In this document: positions 19,974 through 31,929 of the stretch, one piece after another
Position numbering within the stretch: the stretch's first letter is position 1
Layout: each line of letters starts with the position of its first letter
NCBI GenBank assembly: GCA_963710375.1
Contig: CAVPZX010000005.1
Span: forward strand, 160,001 to 224,000
Reading direction: 5' to 3'
Source: Nitrospirota bacterium
GTDB taxonomy: Bacteria > Nitrospirota > Thermodesulfovibrionia > Thermodesulfovibrionales > Dissulfurispiraceae
Length of the DNA stretch: 64,000 nt
The notes under the pieces: generated by a model
The model's input: the letters and a program-made list of their open reading frames with translations, nothing else
Told to the model about the DNA's origin: nothing
Databases searched by the model: none
Position numbers and translations under genes: made by a program

Positions 19974-20609
19974 ATGACGGGAATGATGTGGAGTAATTTT
20001 TGGAGAGTGGGCACTATAAAAGGGACGACGATAAATTTTGTTGATACTCCTGCAATAGGAGCGACTTCATTCCTCATCCCCCTGTATATTTTTCTTGTTC
20101 TTGTTGCTATAAGTATATTTACTTTTCAGAAGCTGCATCGCAATGAAACCAATAGGCATGCTATTACAAAGTCCGTGCTTTCAGCTTTTGTCGTGGGGAT
20201 TTTGTTGTTTACATTGAGAATGGATTATGGATGGTACAACATATGGCAGCTTAACATGAAAGGTCCTCTGGAAAGCCTAGACCCGGACGCCGCTGCGGAT
20301 ATGCGGGGCCTACATTTGCTTGCCCAGGAAATTAAACAAAAGGTGCCTTTGACCCAAACAATAAAAATCTTATCAGACTATTCTTACTATGACAGGATGT
20401 TGCTCAGATACTACCTGCAGCCGATAAAAATCTCTGATAACCCAAATTATATTATTTTGTTTAACCATAAGGACATGGTATTCGATTCGGTACAACATGT
20501 CTTGTTTGGGAAAGATAGAAACATCGTGGAGAATAATCTTGACTTCGTTACTTCTTACGGAGACACCTTTTTTTTGTTTAAAAAGAAAAACACCCACGCT
20601 AAACAGTGA
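19974..20609 (+). CDS. Hypothetical membrane protein
   Basis: 211-aa ORF with two TM segments. Confidence 0.55.
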   Translation: MTGMMWSNFWRVGTIKGTTINFVDTPAIGATSFLIPLYIFLVLVAISIFTFQKLHRNETNRHAITKSVLSAFVVGILLFTLRMDYGWYNIWQLNMKGPLESLDPDAAADMRGLHLLAQEIKQKVPLTQTIKILSDYSYYDRMLLRYYLQPIKISDNPNYIILFNHKDMVFDSVQHVLFGKDRNIVENNLDFVTSYGDTFFLFKKKNTHAKQ

Positions 20610-20616
20610 GGAATGA

Positions 20617-22053
20617 GTGGAAATAATAATGCTTGCATATGCATTATTTCTGCCGGCCGTGACAGGCTTCCTGCTTGTCTGCTATTTTTCACGTTGCGAT
20701 ACCGGCCAAAGTTTTTTTGAGAGGTTTTCTCTGGGGTTTGGTCTCGGCATGGGAATACTAACTTTTGAAATGTTCATTACTGCATTGCTGAAGATTAAGT
20801 TTTCCCTGTTGATCTTATCCTTAATACAGATATTGACGGCAGTTCTATGTACATGGCAGCTCTTAAAGGCCAACTACTCTATTAAGGACATACTGAATAT
20901 CTCGCTGTTTAACGAGGAAGAAGTTTCCTTCTTTAAGTCATCCAAAGTTCGGTCTTTTTTTATTTTGATTATTGCCGGCTGGATTCTTCTCAAGCTCCTG
21001 TTTGTAATTTATGAAGGTGCAGTGTTACCGGTAAATGCATGGGACAGCCTCGATATCTGGAGTTCGGGCGCTAAGTTTTTTTTCTATGAGAAAGGCTTAG
21101 CGCTTGATCCAGGGAATGAGCACTTCTTCAGCAAAGGATATAGGACTTTCCCGAATTACCCCTTAAATGTCCCCTTGATGCAAGTATGGATTTCGATTTG
21201 TCTTGGGGATATACATGAAGTTTATATGAAATATTGGGATATCGTTTATTTCGTAGGGGTTGTTGTTCTGCTCTTTTTTTCTGTCAAAAGAGAATCTAAT
21301 TTACTTATCGGGATTATGGCAGCTTTTTCCGTCTCAACTGTTCCTCTTCTTACGCGCCATGCCCTTGATGCTTATGCGGAACTGACTCTTGCTTATTATG
21401 CACTTTCTGCAGCTATTTGCTTTCAGAGATATATGAAAAAGTCTGAGCAGCAAATAGATAATAATTATGGGTTCCTTCTGCTTATAGGGATGTTTGCGGC
21501 TTTATGTCTATGGACCAAGATGGAAGGCCTTTTTTTCACGTTGGCATTAAGCGCAACTCTATTTCTGTATGCTTTCCTGAAGAAAAACCCGATAAGAACT
21601 TTTCTCACTAATATTTGTGTCTATCTTATCCCGATAATCGTTATTGGGACATCCTGGTATGTTTTTTTGCTCTTTTTCAGCATAGGAGGCCGCGGCGTGT
21701 TGATCTCTCCGGTAGTTCATTGCGAAGTTATAAGGGTGATATTGGATCAGATATTTCTTTCGGCCAACTTCAATATTGTTTTCTCGTTCTTCCTAGCAAT
21801 TGTGTCACTGGGTATCGGATCTATTTTCAATTCTGAATTGAAATACCTTCTGCTCCCATTATTGATGGTAATGGGTATGTACCTTTCACTTTACCTCGCT
21901 ACAAGCGAGTTCGTATTTGCTCTGAATTTGGAGGCAGTGGACCGTAATATCCTGACCTTTATTCCGCTGATGTATTATATCAGCGCATTAATTACGGCAA
22001 AGTTACTCTCTGGATATAACGCTGCCCATCAAAAGGCGCAGCAATGTCAATAG
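20617..22053 (+). CDS. GT-C-like polytopic membrane glycosyltransferase
   Basis: WD...W...AK, YP..VP, K.EG motifs; many TMs. Confidence 0.65.
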   Translation: MEIIMLAYALFLPAVTGFLLVCYFSRCDTGQSFFERFSLGFGLGMGILTFEMFITALLKIKFSLLILSLIQILTAVLCTWQLLKANYSIKDILNISLFNEEEVSFFKSSKVRSFFILIIAGWILLKLLFVIYEGAVLPVNAWDSLDIWSSGAKFFFYEKGLALDPGNEHFFSKGYRTFPNYPLNVPLMQVWISICLGDIHEVYMKYWDIVYFVGVVVLLFFSVKRESNLLIGIMAAFSVSTVPLLTRHALDAYAELTLAYYALSAAICFQRYMKKSEQQIDNNYGFLLLIGMFAALCLWTKMEGLFFTLALSATLFLYAFLKKNPIRTFLTNICVYLIPIIVIGTSWYVFLLFFSIGGRGVLISPVVHCEVIRVILDQIFLSANFNIVFSFFLAIVSLGIGSIFNSELKYLLLPLLMVMGMYLSLYLATSEFVFALNLEAVDRNILTFIPLMYYISALITAKLLSGYNAAHQKAQQCQ

Positions 22054-22113
22054 CTGAAATGCGTTATATTTAAGCGGCGTGAGCGTAAGTCGGTAATGTC
22101 TAAGAAAATAAAG

Positions 22114-22196
22114 TGCCGGTGGAGAGACTTGAACTCTCATGAGCCGAAGCTCAACGGATTTTGAGTCCGTCGCGTCTGCCATTCCACCACACCGGC
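22114..22196 (-). tRNA. tRNA-Leu(CAA)
   Basis: GCCGGTG acceptor stem, anticodon arm ACGGA-CTCAAAA-TCCGT, long variable arm, GTTCAAG T-loop; CCA not encoded. Confidence 0.95.
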
Positions 22197-22211
22197 TGGT
22201 GCTTGCCCCGT

Positions 22212-22406
22212 TTATCTGCCGTGCATCCTGAAGAAATTTTCGAGAGAACGGTCATAGGTGCGCTCGAACTTCGCATTGAAAAAGCACGCGGGCAGTTCCC
22301 CGTTTTTCCTGTGATAACGAAGACATTCGCAGCATTTATTCTTCCGCTCACAGGAACTGTAGGTGCAATTGCAATATTTCTCATTGCTCGCTGATATGCA
22401 TTCCAT
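22212..22406 (-). CDS. Small Cys-rich protein (DUF6485-like)
   Basis: CNCTY..C.RK..CCECL.YH...ELPACFF...ERTYDRS. Confidence 0.75.
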   Translation of the reverse strand: MECISASNEKYCNCTYSSCERKNKCCECLRYHRKNGELPACFFNAKFERTYDRSLENFFRMHGR

Positions 22407-22419
22407 AGGCGTTAGTATA

Positions 22420-23580
<1,161 letters not shown>

Positions 23581-23589
23581 TCAAAGTCT

Positions 23590-23690
23590 GTGAAACGTGA
23601 AAAGTGAAAGGTGAAAAGTCATAATACTGGCATCTTTATTCGCGACTCACCATTTCCCCTTCCTTTCACCTTTCACGATTCACCTTTCAC
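23590..23690. repeat. Heptamer (GTGAAAA) hairpin element between tgt and nrdJ
   Basis: gtgaaac gtgaaaa gtgaaag gtgaaaa ... ctttcac ctttcac gattcac ctttcac. Confidence 0.85.
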
Positions 23691-23789
23691 GTCCTTTATG
23701 TCCCCGATGTTTATTAACAAACCATTAACACGCATTTCACAGTAAAACAAGTTTTAAATCAGGAGATTGCAAAAATAGCAATTTTTTCC

Positions 23790-23842
23790 TTGACTCCTAC
23801 AAGATATTGTGGTTTAATGTTTAGAACTATACAATATAGCGG
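23790..23842 (+). promoter_or_regulatory. sigma70-like promoter overlapped by NrdR-box-like sites
   Basis: TTGACT-17-TTTAAT; CTACAAGATATTGTGG resembles the NrdR consensus; weaker second site about 30 bp downstream; directly upstream of an RNR gene. Confidence 0.65.
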
Positions 23843-23882
23843 TTTTATTAAAATTTGTCTTAATCAGGATGGAGATGACTCT

Positions 23883-26153
23883 ATGGAACAAAAACAGGGG
23901 GACTTTATGGGAAGAGCATCCAGGGTTTTAAGTCTGTCGGCTAATGCAGTGACGGTTCTTGAAAAGCGTTATTTAAAAAGAAATGAGGAAGGCAAGGTCA
24001 TTGAAACCCCAGAGGAACTCTTCCGGAGGGTTGCCCGTCATGTCGCTGCAGCTGATACCTTATATGGGAAATCAGAAGCGGATGTAAAATATGTTGAAGA
24101 GGAATTTTACGACCTTATCACTTATCTTGATTTTTTCCCTAATAGCCCGACGCTGATGAATGCCGGCAGGAGATTGGGCCAGCTTTCTGCCTGCTTTGTG
24201 CTCCCGGTGGATGATTCCATGGAATCCATATTCGATGCTGTAAAATATGCCGCTATCATTCATAAATCAGGTGGAGGCACCGGCTTCAGTTTTTCTAAAC
24301 TCAGGCCGAAAGGAGATGTAGTCGGCTCGACCAAGGGCATATCCTCGGGGCCCATATCGTTCATGACAGTATTCGATAACGCCACAGAAGCGGTGAAACA
24401 GGGTGGTACGAGAAGGGGCGCTAATATGGGTATTCTGCGAATTGACCACCCCGATATTCTCGAATTTGTGACCTGCAAAGACTCCAACAAGCGGCTTAAC
24501 AATTTCAATATCTCTGTGGGGCTGACCGAGCCCTTCATGAAAGCGGTTGAAGAAGACAAGGAGTATGAACTCCAGAACCCGAGGAGCAGAAAGACCATTG
24601 CCAGCCTAAAGGCAAGGTCGGTATTTGAGACCATCATCAAACAGGCCTGGAAAAACGGCGAGCCAGGAATTGTTTTCCTGGACAGGATTAACTCATCAAA
24701 CCCGACTCCTGAGCTGGGAGAGATTGAGTCAACCAACCCATGCGGCGAGCAGCCTTTGATGCCTTATGAATCCTGCAATCTTGGCTCTATAAACCTTTCG
24801 AGAATGGTGAAAATTAATGATGAAGGACGGTGTGTTGCCGACTGGTCCCGCTTAAAAGATGTTACCTGGAAGGCTGTGCACTTCCTCGACAACGTTATTG
24901 ATGTCAACAAGTACCCGCTCCGCATGATTGAGGAAATGACAAAAGCAAATAGAAAAATCGGCCTAGGGATCATGGGATGGGCTGATATGCTTATCCAGAT
25001 GAGAATACCCTACAATTCAGAAGCTGCTATAGGTCTGGCAGAAGAGGTGATGGGATTCATCCAGACTGAAGGGAGGCTGGCTTCCTGTGCCCTTGCTGAA
25101 GAGCGCGGCGTATTTACAAACCATAAACACAGTATCTACCGGGATGAGATGCCTGTAAGGAATGCAACTGTCACTACGATTGCGCCAACGGGCAGCCTTT
25201 CGATTCTCGCATGCTGCACCTCGGGCATAGAGCCGCTCTTTGCGGTATCGTTTGTAAGAAATGTGATGGAAGGCACTAAACTTATAGAGGTGAACCCTTT
25301 CTTTGAGAAAGAAGCCAAAGAGAAAGGATTATGGAGCAGGGAACTCATAGAAAAGATTGCCGCGACAGGCTCTATCGCAAATTTCAAAGAATTCCCTCAG
25401 GAGATGCGCGAGGTATTTGTCACGGCCCACGACATAACTCCTATGGACCATATAAAGATGCAGGCAGCGTTCCAGAAATATGTGGACAATGCTGTATCAA
25501 AAACGGTGAACTTTCCTCATTCGGCCACTTCAAAAGACGTGGAAGATGTCTACATGCTGGCATATAAGAAGGGATGCAAAGGCGTAACGGTATACCGTGA
25601 CGGTTCCAGGGAAGAGCAGGTACTCTCTACAGGAAAAGGCGAAGAGAAGACAGAGCAAAAGCAGCAGGTCCCGGCGAAAATCACTCCAAAAAAACGGCCC
25701 CATGTCATTAAAGGCTGCACACGGCTGCTTAAGACAGGGTGCGGCAACCTTTATGTAACGATTAACGAGGATGAGAACGGCAAACCTTTTGAGGTGTTCA
25801 CCAATATCGGCAAGGCAGGCGGCTGCGCCTCAAGCCAGGCAGAAGCAATCGGAAGACTCATCTCGCTTTCCCTGAGATCGAATGTCGAGCCGGAAGAGAT
25901 TGTGCAGCAGTTAAAAGGCATCTCGTGCCACCAACCCTCATGGAACGAGGGCGGCAAAGTGCTTTCATGTTCCGACGCAATTGCCAAGGCCCTTGAGAAG
26001 TACTATCATACAGCAACAAGCGGCGATAAGGGCAACGGCAAGTCGACGGAACACGATATCATGCTGATCGGCGCTTGCCCTGAATGCGGCGGCGCTGTTG
26101 AGCATGAAGGCGGCTGCGCAATATGCCGCAACTGCGGATTTACGAAGTGTTAA
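23883..26153 (+). CDS. nrdJ: Class II (B12-dependent) ribonucleotide reductase with C-terminal TSCPD/Zn-ribbon domain
   Basis: PNSPTLMNAG, SACF, TNPCGE, CNLGS, IAPTG, YRDGSR, TGCG.LYV, terminal Cys cluster. Confidence 0.95.
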   Translation: MEQKQGDFMGRASRVLSLSANAVTVLEKRYLKRNEEGKVIETPEELFRRVARHVAAADTLYGKSEADVKYVEEEFYDLITYLDFFPNSPTLMNAGRRLGQLSACFVLPVDDSMESIFDAVKYAAIIHKSGGGTGFSFSKLRPKGDVVGSTKGISSGPISFMTVFDNATEAVKQGGTRRGANMGILRIDHPDILEFVTCKDSNKRLNNFNISVGLTEPFMKAVEEDKEYELQNPRSRKTIASLKARSVFETIIKQAWKNGEPGIVFLDRINSSNPTPELGEIESTNPCGEQPLMPYESCNLGSINLSRMVKINDEGRCVADWSRLKDVTWKAVHFLDNVIDVNKYPLRMIEEMTKANRKIGLGIMGWADMLIQMRIPYNSEAAIGLAEEVMGFIQTEGRLASCALAEERGVFTNHKHSIYRDEMPVRNATVTTIAPTGSLSILACCTSGIEPLFAVSFVRNVMEGTKLIEVNPFFEKEAKEKGLWSRELIEKIAATGSIANFKEFPQEMREVFVTAHDITPMDHIKMQAAFQKYVDNAVSKTVNFPHSATSKDVEDVYMLAYKKGCKGVTVYRDGSREEQVLSTGKGEEKTEQKQQVPAKITPKKRPHVIKGCTRLLKTGCGNLYVTINEDENGKPFEVFTNIGKAGGCASSQAEAIGRLISLSLRSNVEPEEIVQQLKGISCHQPSWNEGGKVLSCSDAIAKALEKYYHTATSGDKGNGKSTEHDIMLIGACPECGGAVEHEGGCAICRNCGFTKC

Positions 26154-26325
26154 CCAGTGGGTGGGTTGATCTTACCCGGTGGTAAAACTGCATTCTTTCA
26201 TATTCACGTTTTCAAGCCTGACCCCGAGGGACGGGCTTTACTCATTGCTTGGTTAAATGCAACAGGTTCAGAAAATTTAAAGAGCTATCCCCGAGGGAGA
26301 AAGCCCAAACATTGCCTGATAACCT

Positions 26326-28050
26326 TCACAGTGAAACCTTTATTAGCAATTGCTGAGCCCTTTGGTCGTCCGGCTTTATCTTTAATCCTGCAATTAATTC
26401 CCTGCGCGCCTTTTCCATTTGTCCTGTTTTATAATAGGCCAGTCCAAGATTAAAATGTATCTCCGCGATATCCGGTCTCAGGTTTACAGCAATCAGAAAC
26501 TGCTCCAAAGCCTTGTCAGGTATATTGCTATCTTCATAGGCGCCGCCAAGATTATTATGCACTGCTACATCACCGGGAGATTTCTTAGCAGTGTCTTCCC
26601 ATAGTCTGATTTTGTCTCCCCACAACTCGTTGCGCCGATATGTGGCAATTGCCAAAACTCCTGCTACTAGGACAAGCATCACCAGTATGCCCTTTCCTGC
26701 CTTGAGTGAATGCACCCTTGTCTTTATCAGAAATGCCCCTGTAACCACAGCAATACTTATCCCCACTGAAGGCAAATACACTCTATACTCATCTATAAGC
26801 CTGGTAAGCGGGATAAGGCTTGATTCGACGGAAAGGGTGATAAAAAACCACAGAATCCCGAAGCTGATAAGGCGAAACTCAGTACTGAGGGCAGAGGATT
26901 CAGCACTGAGAGACAAGGACTGAATGCCGTGGACCGCCGGCTGAGTATTCAGTCCTTTCCACTTAATCCATGTTTTTTTCTCAGTCCTCAGCACTAAATA
27001 TATACCCAGTCCAAAGAGCGTGAAGAGCAACAGAAAGGACAGCAACACTTGAGGGTCGAAGGCAGACTTAAACACCGGATAGTCGTAATCAATGTTCTGA
27101 TTCACCGGCATAAACAGTAGTCTCAAGTATGTGACAATAACCCTGAACTCGGTCAGCACATACTCTGGCCGAGAGAACACGACGGAGACATAGCCCGGAA
27201 GAGGGTCTATCCCTGCGCCGGCAGTTCCTTTCAGGTATATAAGTGTCTGCGGAATTATGCTCATGGTGAGAAGCATGAGGGCAAGGGGAATCATTCTACT
27301 TTTCAGAGCGGCTCTAAAGAAAAGGAACTCGTACAAAGTAATTACCAATGGCAGCGTAAAGGCATTCTCCTTCGTCTTCATCGCCAGCACCGCTGAAATG
27401 AAGGATATGCTGTAATAAAAGAGTCTCTGTTGCTTGCCCACAGATAGCCGAGATGATATATAGGCGGTCAGGGAGAGTAGATAGAAAAACGCTGCAAGAG
27501 AGGCAACCCGCTGAAATACATAGGTCACTGCCATTGTTTGAAGAGGATGAACTGCAAACAGCATTGATGAGAAAAAAGCAATATACAGGGAGTTCTGTTT
27601 CATTGACGATTTGGCAAAAAATGGCGTTCTGAATGTCAATAAAACAAGCAAATAAACCAGAATAGAGTTTGCAACATGGATAGCTATATTGACAATATGG
27701 TAGCCAGTCACAGAGAAGCCGTGCATCTTGTAATTAAGTGCAAAGGTGAGAAAGCCGATATATCGGAGCACGAGGAAATTGTAATATTCAAACCCTCGTG
27801 CATCCGACGGGTTTACGAAATAATGAAGGTCCCTTACAATTGGATTTCTGACAAGAAACAAATCCTCATCCCATTGAAACGGAGCATTGAGGGTATTGGA
27901 ATAGATGATGAGAATTATAAAGACTATGCAGGCAATATGCACAAGGGTGTTATTTGGCGATGACCGTGGGCTGAAAGACTCTTGCGATATAGGCATGGGG
28001 CGTTTTTCTGTATTGCTTGTCTTGTTTGTTTTTTTATTTTTCTTTTTCAT
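26326..28050 (-). CDS. TMTC-like membrane glycosyltransferase (GT-C + TPR), paralog 1
   Basis: WDE, YH..N..IH..N, FAVHP..T.AV.Y..QR, KE, E.R.YLP, C-terminal TPRs. Confidence 0.75.
   Translation of the reverse strand: MKKKNKKTNKTSNTEKRPMPISQESFSPRSSPNNTLVHIACIVFIILIIYSNTLNAPFQWDEDLFLVRNPIVRDLHYFVNPSDARGFEYYNFLVLRYIGFLTFALNYKMHGFSVTGYHIVNIAIHVANSILVYLLVLLTFRTPFFAKSSMKQNSLYIAFFSSMLFAVHPLQTMAVTYVFQRVASLAAFFYLLSLTAYISSRLSVGKQQRLFYYSISFISAVLAMKTKENAFTLPLVITLYEFLFFRAALKSRMIPLALMLLTMSIIPQTLIYLKGTAGAGIDPLPGYVSVVFSRPEYVLTEFRVIVTYLRLLFMPVNQNIDYDYPVFKSAFDPQVLLSFLLLFTLFGLGIYLVLRTEKKTWIKWKGLNTQPAVHGIQSLSLSAESSALSTEFRLISFGILWFFITLSVESSLIPLTRLIDEYRVYLPSVGISIAVVTGAFLIKTRVHSLKAGKGILVMLVLVAGVLAIATYRRNELWGDKIRLWEDTAKKSPGDVAVHNNLGGAYEDSNIPDKALEQFLIAVNLRPDIAEIHFNLGLAYYKTGQMEKARRELIAGLKIKPDDQRAQQLLIKVSL
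26878..26996. repeat. Degenerate heptamer (GGACTGA) hairpin in frame in paralog 1
   Basis: gtactga gggcaga ggattca gcactga gagacaa ggactga ... tcagtcc tcagcac. Confidence 0.7.
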
Positions 28051-28418
28051 GATATGCTAAAAAATTCCTACTATAGCCCCGCCGATTACTATAACATTTT
28101 GTTCTCTTCAATTGAGACGGCGGACTCGATGTTTGGCGCTATGCCCATATCGGAACTTATGCAATGGTCGGGCGTCTGTGCCTCTGAGAATTTTTTGGGG
28201 ATGGTGCATGCGCCTTGTTAACAGCTTGGGTCTTTTCCCTTGCCACCCCCTGACAACCTCTCGCCTGAATAAGTGGCAGGAATAGATCGGAATTAGCGGC
28301 AGATTGACCTGAACAGGTGGCAAGTTTGCATCGGAATAGGTCAAAAATGTGTAGGAATCTTCATATATTTGGTATCATAGATTGTGACATCTAACATTAC
28401 GGGAGGATCAACGATACT

Positions 28419-28952
28419 ATGACTAAACTAACTAAAGACCAGTACTATTTAAACATTGCTAAAACGGTTGCTGAAAAAAGCACGTGCCTGAATGTTGAAA
28501 TAGGCTGCGTTATAGAAAAGGCAGATCAAATAATTGCAACGGGATATGTGGGCGCACCTCGTAAAACTAAAGACTGCGTAGACTTAGGTTTCTGCATAAG
28601 ACGTAAGAACAACATTGAGTCCGGGCGTGGTTACGAGATGTGTCGCAGTGTACATGCAGAAATGAACGCTCTAATTAACGCAGCAAGGGCTGGGGTTTCA
28701 GTATTGGATGGGAATATGTATGTGTATGCTGGGAAGAGAACCGATAGTGAGCTCGATGCTGTCAAAGCCTATCCATGTCTATTATGCAAAAAGATGATTA
28801 TCAATGCCGGCATCTGCAGGTTTGCAGGCAACAATCCTGATAATAGCTTGACTGTCTATTCTGTATCCGATTGGGTGAAAGATTGGCAGGAACTGGACGA
28901 TCTGACGCAGGATAAAGAACTATATAAAGTTGAATATGACAAATCTAAATAA
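28419..28952 (+). CDS. dCMP deaminase family protein
   Basis: STC, TGY.GAP, HAE.NA, PCxxC. Confidence 0.9.
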   Translation: MTKLTKDQYYLNIAKTVAEKSTCLNVEIGCVIEKADQIIATGYVGAPRKTKDCVDLGFCIRRKNNIESGRGYEMCRSVHAEMNALINAARAGVSVLDGNMYVYAGKRTDSELDAVKAYPCLLCKKMIINAGICRFAGNNPDNSLTVYSVSDWVKDWQELDDLTQDKELYKVEYDKSK

Positions 28953-29062
28953 GGAGATTCTTTACACTACTATGTTTACATATAATAAATATATTAGTAT
29001 CAAATAATATTATTTATCTGATAGTTATACCATCTTTACATAGTACTTATAAAGCTTTTAAG

Positions 29063-29512
29063 GATTTCCTGGAGATTGCAAAGGTGGTTGCATCCCGCTC
29101 CACCTGTTTGCGGAGACGATATGGAGCTGTAATCGCCAAGGACAATGTTATTGTGAGCACCGGCTATAATGGCGCACCGCGCGGCTCCGTAAACTGTATT
29201 GACAAGGGGACCTGCCGCAGAAAGGAACTCAATATCCCTTCGGGTAAGCTATATGAGTTGTGCGAGGCTGTGCATGCGGAGCAGAACGCAATTGTAAATG
29301 GCTCTCCTGAGAGGATGAAGGACGCAATTATTTATATTGCCGGTTTTGAAGAAGACGACACATTTGCCGAGGGCAAGCCGTGTCTCTCATGCAGAAGAAT
29401 GATACAGAACGCTATGATAAAACATGTAGTTTATCTCAAAAAGGGCGGCAATATCGTGATAGTCAAGGATGTGCGGGCGTTGGACGAAATCCCTCTGCCC
29501 GCGGTCCCCTGA
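29063..29512 (+). CDS. Second dCMP deaminase family protein, start unclear
   Basis: FLEIAK.VA.RSTC, TGYNGAP, HAEQNA, PCxxC; homology extends upstream of GTG 29084 with no canonical start. Confidence 0.8.
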   Translation, partial: DFLEIAKVVASRSTCLRRRYGAVIAKDNVIVSTGYNGAPRGSVNCIDKGTCRRKELNIPSGKLYELCEAVHAEQNAIVNGSPERMKDAIIYIAGFEEDDTFAEGKPCLSCRRMIQNAMIKHVVYLKKGGNIVIVKDVRALDEIPLPAVP

Positions 29513-29676
29513 CACTTCATCCACCCAGCTGTATCTATCCTTGGTGAGGATTTAACCCCTCTGTATACCCCGTAGTAACGGTCGAAGTGAAAGAGGTTTG
29601 TGGTAACCCCCTGGCAATTAGGTTCATTGACAATACTTATAAAAGTGCATATCATAAATACATATAGGAGGCGCAT

Positions 29677-29910
29677 ATGAGATCAACATTGAACATCCCC
29701 GATGAACTGGTTGAACAGGTGCAGAAAGAATCCGGCAGCAAAACAAAGACCGAGGCTATTACGACGGCCATGCAGGAATACCTGCGGCTGCAGAAGCGGA
29801 AGAAACTCATAGCGCTTCTCGATAAAAAGTCTTTTGCCTTTGATTGGGAGAAGCAGGAAGAGGAAGAACTTAAGGCCGAAAAGAAGAGGCAGCAAATCCT
29901 TGGGAAATAA
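29677..29910 (+). CDS. vapB: VapB-type antitoxin
   Basis: MRSTLNIPDEL..TKTEAI..A RHH-like N-terminus; overlaps the PIN gene. Confidence 0.85.
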   Translation: MRSTLNIPDELVEQVQKESGSKTKTEAITTAMQEYLRLQKRKKLIALLDKKSFAFDWEKQEEEELKAEKKRQQILGK

Positions 29911-30286
29911 TCGGCAGGTCCTTATTGATACAAGTGCATGGGTTGCATCATTTCGCAAGAACGAAGAGACTCGTAAAAAGATCAAAAGACTCATTGAAGA
30001 AGACCGCGCCGCAATCTGTGGAGTCGTTGTTTATGAACTCCTCCAGGGTATCAGGGACAATGATGAAGCTTCTGTGATTGAAAAAGCACTTCAGGGGTTA
30101 CACTTTTATGAAACGTCACAGGAAGTGTGGCATTCCGCCGGCCTAAGCTCCTGTTTGCTCAGGCGCAATGGCGTTACGATTCCGATGTCGGATGTTGTGA
30201 TAGCTGCCGTAGCCCGCATGTATGATCTTGAAGTGTTGACCACCGACGCTCATTTTAAGCAAATCGACAACTTGAAATTTTATTGA
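29900..30286 (+). CDS. vapC: VapC PIN-domain toxin
   Basis: LIDTSAW, EL, D..IAA, T.D.HF. Confidence 0.9.
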   Translation: MGNNRQVLIDTSAWVASFRKNEETRKKIKRLIEEDRAAICGVVVYELLQGIRDNDEASVIEKALQGLHFYETSQEVWHSAGLSSCLLRRNGVTIPMSDVVIAAVARMYDLEVLTTDAHFKQIDNLKFY

Positions 30287-30388
30287 TCCCAACTCCGGCC
30301 GCTAAAATCTTAGTAGTGATAATATTGAAAATGTTTTTTTTGCTCTATATAATACGTTGTGCAATAAAGAATCGAGGGGAAAAAATAG

Positions 30389-31363
<975 letters not shown>

Positions 31364-31413
31364 GGCCCTTTGATTTCTTGCCTGGAGTAGTGACATAATA
31401 CCTTTTATATAAC

Positions 31414-31498
31414 GGGCGATAGGTCATAGGTAACAGGTGGCAGGAAAACTTATAACAGTTTATTCAATAACCAAATAACCAATGAACAATGACCTATA
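31414..31498. repeat. Degenerate heptamer inverted arms upstream of gspG
   Basis: ggcgata ggtcata ggtaaca ggtggca ... caataac caatgaa caatgac ctat; ATAGGTCAT/ATGACCTAT is a perfect inverse pair. Confidence 0.55.
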
Positions 31499-31523
31499 AG
31501 CAGTATTGTATAGGGGTGAGACG

Positions 31524-31928
31524 ATGAAAAAAAGAAGATATGATGCCCAGGGTTTTACACTTATTGAGATACTGATTGTGGTCATGATTATCGGCCTGAT
31601 AGCCTCTCTTGTGGCGCCCAATCTTATGGGCAAATTCGAGAGGTCCAAGGAGGAAATTACCAAGGCTCAGGTCGAGATGCTTTCCTCCAGTGTCCAGTCT
31701 TTTATGCTTGATGAGGGCAGGTGCCCTAACGACCTATCAGAACTGGTCAAACCCAGCGACACAAACGATACAAAATGGAGAGGACCGTACCTTTCAAAAC
31801 AGGAACTCCCCAAGGACGGATGGAGCAGGGATTACCAGTATAAATGTCCGGGTGATCATGGACCATTTGACCTCTATTCCCTCGGCCCCAACGGAAAGAT
31901 CGATGAGAAGATCTTGAAGAACTGGTAG
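31524..31928 (+). CDS. gspG: T2SS major pseudopilin
   Basis: G|FTLIE, W.GPYL, D.W..DYQY..PG, DLYSLG. Confidence 0.93.
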   Translation: MKKRRYDAQGFTLIEILIVVMIIGLIASLVAPNLMGKFERSKEEITKAQVEMLSSSVQSFMLDEGRCPNDLSELVKPSDTNDTKWRGPYLSKQELPKDGWSRDYQYKCPGDHGPFDLYSLGPNGKIDEKILKNW

Positions 31929-31929
31929 C

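Noticed and set aside
19974..22196. Integrative element at tRNA-Leu
   Set aside because: No integrase and no duplicated tRNA 3' end found, although the adjacent genes are AT-rich.
23790..23882. TTG start for nrdJ
   Set aside because: It coincides with the -35 box and NrdR-like sites; downstream ATGs have RBS-like sequences.
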